Assembly: GCA_050575255.1 (NCBI GenBank)
Contig: JBNZDD010013694.1
Coordinates: 434,584 to 496,575, forward strand
Length of the DNA stretch: 61,992 nucleotides
From: Harriotta raleighana
Taxonomy: Eukaryota
Direction of reading: 5' to 3'
A program made the position numbers and the translations under genes. The notes below the pieces were generated by a model. That model worked only from the letters and a program-made list of their open reading frames with translations, was not told the origin of the DNA and made no database searches. The stretch's first letter is position 1. Every line of letters begins with the position of its first letter. Of this stretch, positions 39,582-51,095 are shown piece by piece.

Positions 39582-40221
39582 ACTGTCAGACATCAAGTCC
39601 TGAATAAGAGCTAACTTTCTACAGTTGAATGTCAAAAAGATTGAGGCCCTACTGATTGGCTCGCGCCAGCGCCTTCTAATGTCAGGTGCTGGCTGCATCA
39701 GCCCCCATGGTTGCACACTCAACCCCACTAAGCCAGTCAGGAACCTAAGTGTCTTGTTTGACCCTTAACTGTTTTTCCTCTTTCACATCCAAGCATTGAC
39801 TCACTTTGCCTTTTCTCATCTCTGCAACATTGCCCAACTCTGCCACTACCTCACCCCCAAAGCCGCTGAAACCCTCATCCATGCCATCATTACATTCTGG
39901 CTTGATTATGCAAACGCCCTGCTTTTTGGCCTTCCCAATTCTTCTATCTATTCCTCCATGTACTATCAATTCATTGGCAGGTGAGCCTTCAGCAACTCTA
40001 CCCCCAACCTCTGGAACTCCATCCCGCAGTCTCTCCGCCTCACCCCCTCCTGGCCTCCTTCAAGTTTCGCCTCAAGACCCTCCTCTTCGATGGACCCATC
40101 AGCAACCCCTTCCACGCAACCCCCGTCCTCAGCTTGGGTCTGAAGAAGTAACTGTCCAGCGCCTTGGGACATCTTCCTGACGTGAAAGGCACTATACAAA
40201 TATAATTTTGTTGTTGTTGTT
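39582..40221 (+). mobile_element. L2 3' fragment inserted in a Deu-type SINE
   Basis: PKAAETLIHAIITFWLDYANALLFGLP, LWNSIP, (ttg)n tail; SINE head at ~39515-39580, weak continuation after 40222. Confidence 0.85.
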
Positions 40222-40660
40222 GAGATTCATAGTATAAGATGATCCTCTAATGCAATGCTGGGTTGGCCTATTTATCTGAGAGATGACTGTATTATGGATA
40301 AGTGTCAACATCCAATGTAAAAACANCAGTAACTCTACCCCCAACCTCTGGAACTCCATCCCGCAGTCTCTCCGCCTCACCCCCTCCTGGCCTCCTTCAA
40401 ATTTCGCCTCAAGACCCTCCTCTTCGATGGACCCATCAGCAACCCCTTCCACGCAACCCCATCCTCAGCTTGGGTCTGAAGCAGTAACTGTCCAGCGCCT
40501 TGGGACATCTTCCTGACATGAAAGGCACTATACAAATGTAATTTTGTTGTTGTTGTTGAGATTCATAGTATAAGATGATCCTCTAATGCAATGCTGGGTT
40601 GGCCTATTTATCTGAGAGATGACTGTATTATGGATAAGTGTCAACATCCAATGTAAGAAC
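39990..40660. repeat. ~335-bp duplication around N (40326); probable haplotype overlap
   Basis: 39990-40325 vs 40327-40660 with several substitutions. Confidence 0.85.
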
Positions 40661-40830
40661 ATAAGAATTAGAAGCAGGAGTAGGCCATTTGGCTCTTCGA
40701 GCCTGCCCCGTCATTCAATTAGATCATGGCTGATCTTCTGACCTAACTCTAATTACCTGCCCTATCCCCATATCCCCTAATCCCTCTATTTTTCAAAAAT
40801 CTATCAGTCTCAGCCTTGAAAATGTTCAAG
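40655..40830 (-). mobile_element. CR1-type 3' end
   Basis: aagaacataagaattagaagcaggagtaggccatttggctcttcgagcctgcccc. Confidence 0.85.
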
Positions 40831-41574
40831 GATGTGAAGGTTCAAGGATGTGCAGGGTAATAAAGGATTTATGAGAGTCCACTGCCCCATGGCTCCCCCC
40901 GTATTTTTAAGCAAAGTATTATTTGGTTTTGACTTTACTATTTGATGTTGTCGGGTTAAATAAACAATAACTTCAATTTCAATGTGCTGTTGAAAATGGG
41001 ATTCTTAGGTTCTACCAGACTGAAAGGCAGTAATTTCAAACTAATGTACAGATATTTGTCCTCTTCTGGAACTAACAACATTTATGCAAATGGGATGATG
41101 AGTGAACTATGCACGGAGTCAGATGTGCTCCAGTTTTCTCCTTATGTTTACTTTGGGCATAATAGGGACAGCAGCAGTGTTCATTCGATAGATAATTTAT
41201 TCATTTCCTATATAAGTCATGATGCTGTCATTAACTCAGCAATGATATAGCAGATTTACACAGCAAGTACCAATAGTGATTAAATAAACCAAGCATGAAA
41301 CTCAACAGAGTTAAATATTGATATGACAAAAATAAGGTGGAATGGAAGCATTTGCTGCAATACAAATGGGATATTGTGTGATTTATGTCAGTGTGATTGT
41401 GTATAATAATAGATATAAGGTCAACTTGTCAAGGTGCAGGATCACACAGCACTTTGTTTCTCAGCTGGCACAGAGCCACTGATCTGGTACAAGCAGCAGA
41501 GGGCAAGTTCCATATTACTTCAGTTTCTTTTTACCATGACAGGTAACAAAATCCATTGCGAATAAATAAATAAA

Positions 41575-41845
41575 AAAATTCATTTGTTATAGCGCCTTTC
41601 ACATTGGTTGGTGATTGTCTCAAAACATTCATAGGATATACAGTGAAGTGCAGTGATTGTGTGTTCTATAGGTGTATGTGGCAGTCAATTTGCACAAGCC
41701 ATAAATAGCCATGAAGTGAGTATCCAATTTTATTTTGTGGATACCCAGTATTGTTATCCTAAGTTTTTATGCACAAAGTCTTGACATTTAGGTTTGAATC
41801 TATAGCCTTTTGCCACGGAGACAAGAGTATTATCAATTTAGCTAC
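41575..41845 (-). mobile_element. Decayed Deu-type SINE
   Basis: atagcgcctttcac tail; ggcagtcaatttgcaca; head remnant gacaagagtat. Confidence 0.5.
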
Positions 41846-42831
41846 TATCTATCTATACCACCCCCCGCAAAAAAGTGAAATTATTTTGGTTTGAACATAT
41901 TATTGAATGAACCTATAGGATTAAAGTGTTCTTCTTCTAAAACAGGACTGTGAAGAAATTACTCAAAGTAATCTTTTGTACTGTTCAAAATTCTGCTGTT
42001 TCAGCCACCTAATCAGGACTGTATACATACGTAAATGACAATATTACGATTGATGGAGCCACAAATGGGAAACAGAAATCGACTCACATAAAACACTTAC
42101 ATTAATTGCTTTGAAAGAAACATTAATAGGAGCCGTCAGAACAAACATAAAGCATAAAAATGCACAGCAGACACATGGTGAAACTGCAACCAGTGCTGAT
42201 GTGTCAACTCATAGTTGAACCTTCTACCACATCAATAGCCAGAGATATTGACAGACACTCAAATGTGACCTCCCTAACTCTATCACACTGTCTGGGCCAA
42301 CATAGTAGGACCACCGATTTACTTTGATATTGGTGGTTTGATAAAGTTATTGTCTCAATAACCAATAAGTGTAATGGCACTTTCCACTGGGTCAACTATT
42401 GTGAGGAGTTGTGCAAGTTACTTGTGCATTCAGTGAATTTCCTTAGTTATCATCAATAAATAAACTTTATGGGTGTGTTAATACATGACAGAGTTTATTC
42501 CTACTTCCCAAATACTTAAACACCAATGTTTAATAAAATATATTTGAGAATTGATTTAATTGAGAACTATTGGGTAAATTTGTGAGAAAGTGTAGATTAT
42601 TTTCATAATGACATTCCTCTGATCTGACCTTGCAAACTTCTCTGCTTTACTGGAATGTACTGTACTTTGCTTTTATTCTACTTTATACAGTGCAACTTTG
42701 TCCACATTTAGGCAATGTTAACCCTGGAAATGGAACAATTTCCAATTTTGAGTACCTGTTATGATCGAAGACTTCCTGGTTAGTTATAGAATACTAAAGC
42801 AAAATGTAGCTCTTTCTACTCTTTCCTAATA

Positions 42832-43427
42832 CAGTAAAAGCCCATTTATCCAGCACCTGCAGGACCTGGCCAATGCCAGTTAAACAGCATGTTGGTTAAA
42901 CGGTCGGATCCGATGACCAAAATCCAACACAAAAAAACTTACCTTATTTTAACACATACCAAATAGACTAAATAATAACAGATAATAACAGAATATTGTA
43001 TGGGTACTTTATTGTAAATGTTGTACAGTGTATCATATAAATAATAGACTAAATAAAGTAATAACAGATACTGTAATAACGGAATATGGTATTGGTACTT
43101 TATTGTAAATGTTGTACACTGTACAATATAAATAATAGGCTAAATACAATAACAGATACTGTAATGACAGAATATTGTATTATTTGTACTTAACTTCTGC
43201 AATGGCAGCTGCCACTGGAGGAAAACAAACGGCAGCGTGACTTTAAGGCTCTACTAGCGGCAAGCCGAAATACCTGTATAGTACTCTTGTGCGACAATCG
43301 ATTCATTAAATGGGCCACCGTATTCTGCTGGATAACTTCTTGTTAATCGGATGAGGACTTTTTTTCTGACATGCCGGTTATACAGAAGTTCTGGTTCATC
43401 GAGTCACGAATAAACAGGCTTTTACTG
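42832..43427. mobile_element. Tigger/pogo-like MITE (family X-related) with internal tandem repeats
   Basis: TIRs cagtaaaagcccatttat / ataaacaggcttttactg; TA TSD. Confidence 0.9.
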
Positions 43428-43839
43428 TAATATATTCTCATTCTAACCTCAAAAAACTGCTCCTTAATGTGCCTATTGAGCCTTTTCCATTCCCTATAGC
43501 AGCAGCCTCGCTGGTTGCGAGATTACTATTTTAGTTGTGATTCAAGTGTACTGTTGTGCATCCGGAAAATACGGTAATGCAGAGTTAATCGTCCAAACAG
43601 TGTGTTTCTGTACAGTCACATTATAGGATCTAAAATGACCAGGAAACAATAAGCAAATTGCAAATTATATATCTGTGTGCCTAAATGTACAATTGTTAGA
43701 TACAGTTTATATTCGTCATTTTTTCCCCAAAATTAGATGTCCACTAATATTTTTATAATTTTAATATTCTACCTCACCACCATGTACATCTATGTACATC
43801 TGGTCAGACTCTCTCTTGCTGGGTGGGGTGGGGTGTCCA

Positions 43840-44020
43840 TAGACGCTGGTTGCTCTCTGGTACCCCGCTCAAGAGGTCATTTGTCATTGTTCGTATGTGA
43901 GTGTTGGGAGCCGCTCAACTGAAGAGGACAGCACATCCATGCCTCACAACCACTCATCCACACGTACAATGGAAGGAGCTGTCGAGGGAACAACACAAAC
44001 CAGGATTCAAAACAATGAAG
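43840..44020 (-). mobile_element. AmnSINE2-like fragment
   Basis: gtgagtgttgggagccgctcaac..catccacacgtaca similarity to the recalled consensus. Confidence 0.4.
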
Positions 44021-44659
44021 CTGCAGTTCTATTCACTATTCCATGGGTGCTGCTCCTTTCTTCAATTCTAATTCACAAAAACACTTCACAAAGGGAAAGC
44101 ATATTGAAGATTGAGACTATATTTTATTAGTAATCATAGCGAATGCAGTAAAAGTCAAAGAATCAGCACTCACTGCAGGAACTTTACATCGACTTGCCCT
44201 GTGTTATAATAAATTATTTGATAGCAACATCTCACTCCCTGTTCCTAATTACCTTTTAAAACTAAAAAAGTCACTCAAGCTCACAAGCAATAATATGTGT
44301 TGTACAAGGTTTAAAACTAATTTATTTTAAAGCACGGTTAAGAAGAGGAATGAAATCGCTTGGGGAAATGGGGGTCACGACTCCAATCTCAAGTACATTT
44401 TAAGGCACGTTTCATTCATATTAAAAAGAATGATAATTAATGTCTCTGTATGTAGCAGGTCCATTTAATTTTTTTACTTCTCATCTGTATTCAAGACTCA
44501 ATTAAAAGTAAATATTATATTCTTTAACTAGTCTTGATAGTGATTTAAAAAAAAGTATCTCATCCTTTACTATAATCGAGTTCATTTTCTCATTTGAAAG
44601 CACTGAGATTGCTACTGAAATGTTGTTCTATGATCAACAGCTGAGTCTTCCAGTGCCCC

Positions 44660-44860
44660 CTTGATGTAACCATTCTTCATGCATGAAGCCAACAATAAAT
44701 GTTGGCAAACTATTCAACCATAGGAACCATCACAGCTGTGCCCTTTGCTGTCTCTGTTCAATTTTCATATGTATGGGGAGGTGTGACTGGATAACAAAGA
44801 ACAGTAAGTTTTGATGAATTTTCTCTTTGCTGGCTTAGAGGCACTGAAACCTTTCTACTT
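44660..44860 (-). mobile_element. AmnSINE2-like fragment
   Basis: ccattcttcatgcatga..tgttggcaaactattcaacc..catcacagctg..actggataac. Confidence 0.5.
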
Positions 44861-45074
44861 CCCTCAATTGTAATAAAGTAAGATTAACTTTATGAAGCTC
44901 TAAAAAGGGAACCAACTGAACATTATATAGAACTTTGAGATAATATCTCTAGGAGTAAGACTGATCAGTGGAACAGACATTGCTACACATCAAATGGAGA
45001 ATATCTTGACGGAGAAAATGAACAAAGTCTGTAATGATAAAAAGGAAGCCAATTTGAGATCTGTTGAAATGCTG

Positions 45075-45910
45075 GGTTCCTTAACAAAAAGTATAGAATA
45101 CAAAAGCAGCAACATACAATTTAGATGTATAGGCACTGGTGAGGCCACAATTGGGAAAATTGTCTTTCAGAGGTATGCAGTTTATGCTATAAGATATCAG
45201 GAATACAAATTAAAACTTACATTTGATATCACACCTTTGTGTGTAATTTTGTTGTTGTTGTTTGTGTGCAAATGTGTGAGAGATGACTGAGTTGGTAGGA
45301 TGTATTCCCTGGTACTGAGGAGGTTGAGAGGAGGATTTAATAATAATAATTCTTGCATTTAATATAGCACCTTATCACATCTTTGGGACATCTCAAAGCG
45401 CTTCACAGAATATACTGTAAAGTGAATTGACTGGATATTTTATGGCCGAAATGCTGCAGCCAATTGTCAATAAGCGGAAAATGATTTTTTCTATGGTGAG
45501 CCAATCTATTACTAGATGTTATGACTTGAAGGCTAAAGTGGTTAACACTTAACCAAGAATGCTTTTCCTCCTTCAGAACGGGCTAACACTTCGAATAGTA
45601 CAGACTGAGAAACATGTGGTTGAGAAATCGATTGAGATATTCAAGAGGAGATGGATAATAATAATAATAATAATAATCCTTGCATTTGATATAGCGCTTT
45701 TCACATCTTATCAATGTCCCAAAGCGCTTCACAGAATATACTGTAAAGTGAATTGACTGTATATTTGTGGGCGGAATAGATATTTGTGGATAGATACTCT
45801 GGGGAGCAGAAGTACTCAGGAAATTGGTGAGGAGGCAGCCGAGTAGAATTGATTATACGAGATGACAGTACATGGTAGAATGGACTAATCTGTGGCAGAA
45901 TGGGCTTCTT
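45075..45910 (+). mobile_element. Fragmented CR1 LINE C-terminus, interrupted by SINE A 3' pieces (45340-45467, 45654-45775, minus strand)
   Basis: SIEYKS..ALVRPQL and RRLRG-type CR1 ORF2 motifs. Confidence 0.65.
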
Positions 45911-46825
45911 AAATTTGCTATTAGCATGTGACAGAATCTAACTATCTGATTGTGCTGGCTTGGATTTCCTTTGGTTTATAAGTTTCGGCCTTCTATATAA
46001 AAAATAGCTTTCTGAATAGCAGTCTTAATAAGTGTCAGTGCACCCCTTCATGAAAGGAAGGAGGAATATCAGGAGTAAACATATATTTCAGTAATGTTCA
46101 TAGTGGTGGGGTGAGTCAGCAGTAATCCATGGCACTGTTGATGACAGCACAGCCAGTTTGGCTAATCTTAGGATTTGGAAGGGCATGTTAACACTGTAAA
46201 TCAAAGTTCCTAACAGGTAGGGTAGCCCTAGCTGGACAAGCAGTGGAAATGCTTGCCAGACAGTAATATCATAAGCAAGCTATGTGGTTTTAACCAGTTA
46301 GACTCCAGGAGTACTCTCAACACACACTCTGAGGTCCCTAAATCATGACTCTTACCAACCTGTGCCTAATACATTCCGGGATTAGGCAAGTAGAGTACAT
46401 CCCTTCAGATGCAGATTCCATTTCAACAATCTGTCTCTGGAATTTCCTTGTGTAGGTGGGATGCATGGTTTGGATACTCTTGAGCAAGGTGATGGATTTC
46501 TGCATGTGTCAAACACCTGACTGACCAAAAAAAAATACTGGCTTCAATAGACCTTGCAACTCCCTGTATATAACATTCAAAGTATCATGACACTTTCAAA
46601 TCTCACCTTTTACAAAGCAAAAATAAATGTGCACTTAGTAAAAAATTGAAAGATTACATTATGGTGTGAATTTGGTTATTTTTACATTCCTTACAACCAA
46701 TACATCATTCTAGGTGAAAATTGTGCAAGAATAAAATTGTGTGAGAATTTATCACTAGCAATAGACAAGTTCTGGAAAGGTAGGGTCAATTTTAAGACAG
46801 GAAAATTATGCATGTCTTCTACTAC

Positions 46826-47080
46826 TAATAATACAGTAATAACAATAATCCTTGCATTTGATTTAGCACTTTGCACGTCTTCTAGATGTCTCAAAGTGCT
46901 TCCAGAATATACTGTAAAGTGAATTGACTGTATATATATATATATATATATATGGGTGAAATATGGCAGCCAATTACGCAAAGCAGTGTCCGACAAACAG
47001 TTTTGGATTGAAACGACCAATTTTTTTTGAGGGATTATTATTAGGCTTGTGGAGTAAGGAAACTTGCCCAAGGTTTCGAT
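46826..47080 (-). mobile_element. SINE family A, 5'-truncated, with internal (TA)n
   Basis: Tail and body; (ta)n at 46931-46953. Confidence 0.9.
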
Positions 47081-47580
47081 CATGGCGCGGATATGAGGGA
47101 GGAAGGACAGTTCGGGGTCAAAGAAGATGCCCAGATTCCTGACTGGCTTTGAGAGGAGAATGAATGTTGCCAGCATCTGAGGTGCGAAGGTGCTGAAGCG
47201 AGCCAATCAGGAGGGCCTCCATCTTGTTGACGTTAAATTGGAGGAAATTGTCCCTTGTCCAGGACTCAATGTTGGACAGACGTGCAGTCAGTAGTCTTGG
47301 AGTCGAGGGTGGAAGTGGAAAGGTAGAGTTGTCATCCACATACATGTGGAAATTTACCCTGTGTCGATTGGACAGATTCAAAGAGTGAGTGGATTGAGAG
47401 GAAAGAGCGGAGCGAGAGGCAACCATTCTTTCTTGGAAAGGAAAGGGAGGTTGGAGATGGACCAGTAGCTTGAGAGCTACGACACATCAAGGGAAGGTTT
47501 TTTTTTAGAATGGGGGTGATAGTGGCGGTATTGAGGGAGGGAAATGGTGCCAGATGAAAGGGACAGATTAATGGTGTCCC
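47081..47580 (-). mobile_element. L2 RT fragment with internal deletion
   Basis: HRVNFHMYVDD..DNFLQFNVNKMEALLIGS, VRNLGIFFDPELSF. Confidence 0.88.
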
Positions 47581-48273
47581 TTTCAGAAGGGATACTTTCA
47601 GTGCAGGAATACTTCATTCAATTTATATGCCCCATTTAACATAATTATTACTTCTGTTCAAAAACATGCCACTGTGGTCCCTCCTTGTCATTTTAATGCA
47701 GTTTGATTGGAATATAATTGTTGCTTCTCCTCTAAAAGCTCGCTACTCTTTGTTAATTCACCTTCTCATTTCTTCCATCTCCTGTGACATCATGTGAGAG
47801 GGGAGGGAGAGTTAGATCTTCATTGTCCTTGATCCGATGTGTTCATTTCCCAATTTCTCAGGCTTAACTTTTTTTTACTGACTCTAATTTGTTCATATCA
47901 CTTGCTTCAATAATGTAGACCAGAAGGCTACAATATTTTCAATTGATGGGTAATTCCATATGACAGAGAGAGAACAGAAAATATTTTTCTGGTGCTCTCA
48001 ATAGTAAAGCCTGCTGGTGATGGTGATAATAATAATAATACAATGAAACTCATATAAGTCTCATGAGTCAGGACCATAACATTAAATATGATTTACGCAA
48101 AGCCTAAGTTTCAGGCAAGTGATATAATTCACATTGAGTCCTGTAGCTCAGTGATTAGAACAATCGCCTCACAAACAAAAAACCTGGGTTTGATTCCTGG
48201 CATGGCAAAACTTTGGGCATGTTTCCTTACTCCACACATCTCAGAATAATTGCTCAAGAAAAAAACAATAATA

Positions 48274-48672
48274 CAGTAAAAGCTTGGTTATCTGGCACCA
48301 TTGGGATCTGACCCATGCCGGTTAATCAAATATGCCGGATATTCGAGTGGCAAGTTGCCAAAAATAATACACAAAAAATTAACTTATTTTAAAACATATC
48401 ATATTAATAATAGACTAAATAATAACAGAATATTGTATGAATACTTATCAATAAAGCATTCCAGGACACTTGATAAATGATCAGTAAAATAAAAATTCCA
48501 GCATTCGTTAAGTTTAATAAGTGTGCATGGGAAAGCATTGCATGCATGTGCAAAGTGAACATACTTGTGAGTGTCCCAGATGGCTCTGGTATGAGATCAG
48601 TTTGCTGGAATGGTGAATTGTATTGGGAGAGCGTTCCGGTTGGTTGGGTGCTGGATAATCAAGCTGTTACTG
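48274..48672. mobile_element. MITE family X inserted in SINE
   Basis: TIRs cagtaaaagcttggttatct / ggataatcaagctgttactg; TA TSD. Confidence 0.92.
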
Positions 48673-48810
48673 TACATTGATCATTTCAAACTACAACTGT
48701 TTATGGGATATTGTTGTGCGCAATCGGTTGACATGTTTCGCCCACATATGTACAGTCAATTCATTTTACAGTACATTCTGTGAAGTGCTTTGAGACATCT
48801 AGACGACGTG

Positions 48811-49552
48811 AAAGCTTGGTTATCTGGAACCCGAACAACCGGAACGCTCCACCATCCGGTATCTCTCATTGCAATTCACCATTCACCATTCCAGCAACTG
48901 GATCTCATAGCGGAGCCATCCGGCACACTCACGGTACGCTCACTTTGTGCATGGGTGCGCATCCGCATTTATTAAACTTACCGAAGGCTGGAATTTTTAT
49001 TTTACTGATCATTTTACCAAGTCTGCTGGAATGCTTTAGTCTGTTATTAATATGGTATGTTTTAAATTACAGTAAAATTCCTATAATCCGGCACCTGTTA
49101 ATCCGGAATGCATTATAATCCTGCATCTTCAACGGTGGGTCTTTTTCCAATGTGGCATCTCTATGTGCATCTCTTCCTAGAGAGCCTTCACACTACTCGG
49201 TGCATTTTCCTAGGGGGCACGTCACTGACATCACATTTAATAAATGCACATGTGCACATTAATAAGTGCGCGTGCATGCGCAATTTTTGAAAAAATTCAC
49301 TTTCGGCGGGTGCGTTGCCTCTTTAGGCAGAACGCCTGCTCCACTGGCCTCCTCCTCCCTTCCCTAAAAGTAACGTCCAATAATCCATTATATTTGCTAA
49401 TCCAGCACCACCTAGGTCCCGAACGTCCCGGATTATCAGAATCTTACTGTAAATTAATTTGTGGTGTAGGATTTTCGGTAACTTGCCGCTCGAATATCCG
49501 GCATATTTGATTAACCGGCACCAGGCAGGTCTCGGATAAAAAGTTTTTACTG
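48811..49552. mobile_element. MITE family X, inverted relative to the 48274 copy, left TIR tip deleted
   Basis: Internal sequence is the reverse complement of the 48274 copy; right TIR ggataaaaagtttttactg plus TA. Confidence 0.88.
49070..49449. mobile_element. MITE family Y nested in the family X MITE
   Basis: TIRs cagtaaaattcctataatccggcac / gtcccggattatcagaatcttactg; TA TSD; inverted homologue of the 38487 copy. Confidence 0.92.
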
Positions 49553-49962
49553 TATTATTATTCTAAAATTGACTTTCATTATTAAACTAAACTGCATAAA
49601 GTGTAATTGGTAGTGCACGGTTCAAGATTACGTCTCCCATGATTTAATGCATCTTGACTCATCGCTGCATGTGCACTTACTGGCAAGCATTGGAATTGCA
49701 TTGAACCGCAGGAAATGAAGTTCTTCTACGCATGAGTCGACAGATCAAAAGTATGTTCCCTGCAATTCAATGCAGAGGCGTAAGAGTACATATGTTGACG
49801 GGTCAGGATGTCATTTACCAAGATTGAATAAAGAGTGCAGGAGTAATGAAGGGTAGGGGAATGGCATTACGATTTAGGAGATGATTAATATGACGAGAAA
49901 GAAATCTGGGGGATGGACAACTTAGGTGATTATACGAATTATAAAGATAAGACCCATACTTT

Positions 49963-50160
49963 GATATTCCTTGCATTTAATGTGGATGAGGAATATTTCA
50001 CATTGGGAGGGCAGCTCACAGTGCGTGACAGCATATATTGTAAAGTGGAGTGTCTTTATTTTGTGGGAGAATACCCAATTTGTGCACAGCAATACAGTAT
50101 CACACAAGCAGCCAATGACCAATTTTATTGTGGGGATTGTTGGCCAGGATGCCCAGTGTA
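49963..50160 (-). mobile_element. Deu-type SINE 3' fragment
   Basis: ccttgcatttaa tail; ccaatttgtgcacagcaa..ttggccaggatgcc. Confidence 0.55.
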
Positions 50161-50954
50161 GTATACTGACTGTATACTTCTAGGCAATTTATTAATAAAT
50201 AGGAACCCGAAAGGATTCACAAAAATACCACCGAGAATATGCCACTGTTACTAAGAGCATCGGTTCCTCAGATATTTCAGTATTTGCAGATATGTATGTC
50301 TGTTTACAAGCATACAAACATCTATACTCAATGATATATTGAGTTCAGTAGAGTAATTTGTTTTTCTGTCCCTAGATTGAGAAGTTCAGGATCATGACTG
50401 CAGAGTAAAATAACTTAATGATGTATTTCTAAATTATTTTCTACCAGGTTTAAAAGTTCCATTAGTCTAAGTGCAAGACAGCTTACTTTCATTGCCCATA
50501 TGTCTGGATTTTTTGAAGTTACAGAATCTAACCAATCATTTTCAGCATTTCTTTAGCAATTTTCTTTCCTAAATTTCCCACATCTAGAATTCTGATCTTG
50601 AACACTTTGTCACCACCTTATACATCTCTAAAGTCATTGCCTGGACCTCGCACTGCAGGTTCTAAACACAATACCATCTGATCATTATCATTTTCTACAT
50701 TCCTAACTATTTTTCTTCTTGTCAAATCTTGCCTTCTTGCCTTATGTGTCAATCTTGACAGTTCATTCTCCACCTCTTCAAATTCCATAGGCGTCTGATG
50801 TGTCTCTCATCGAGGTCATGTCCAAATCAATGACCAATTCCACTGTTTAGCTAATCTTATCATTTCTTTCATTGCTGCACTATATATTCATGACAAGTGT
50901 CCGTGGTTTGGTATCATAGGTTTTGTGAATTAATTAAGTGATATTGACTCTATA

Positions 50955-51095
50955 GGCTAGGTTGACATTTCAGTGCTATTCTGAGGGAGTGCTGCATTCT
51001 TGGAGGTGCCGTCTTTCAGATAAAATATTAACCCGAGGACTTGTCTATCTGTTCTTCAGTTGAACAGTAAAGATCCCATATTGTTGTCCAATATC
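50955..51095 (+). mobile_element. Deu-type SINE fragment
   Basis: ctgagggagtgctgcattcttggaggtgccgtctttcagat..aaagatccca. Confidence 0.75.

Larger units (their letters stand above)
48136..49562 (+). mobile_element. SINE family A split by nested MITEs (pieces 48136-48273, 48675-48815, tail 49553-49562)
   Basis: Pieces are collinear with intact copies. Confidence 0.88.

Noticed and set aside
25714-40852. Small tandem duplications (~25714, ~30114, ~40824)
   Set aside because: Ordinary 12-25 bp slippage events.
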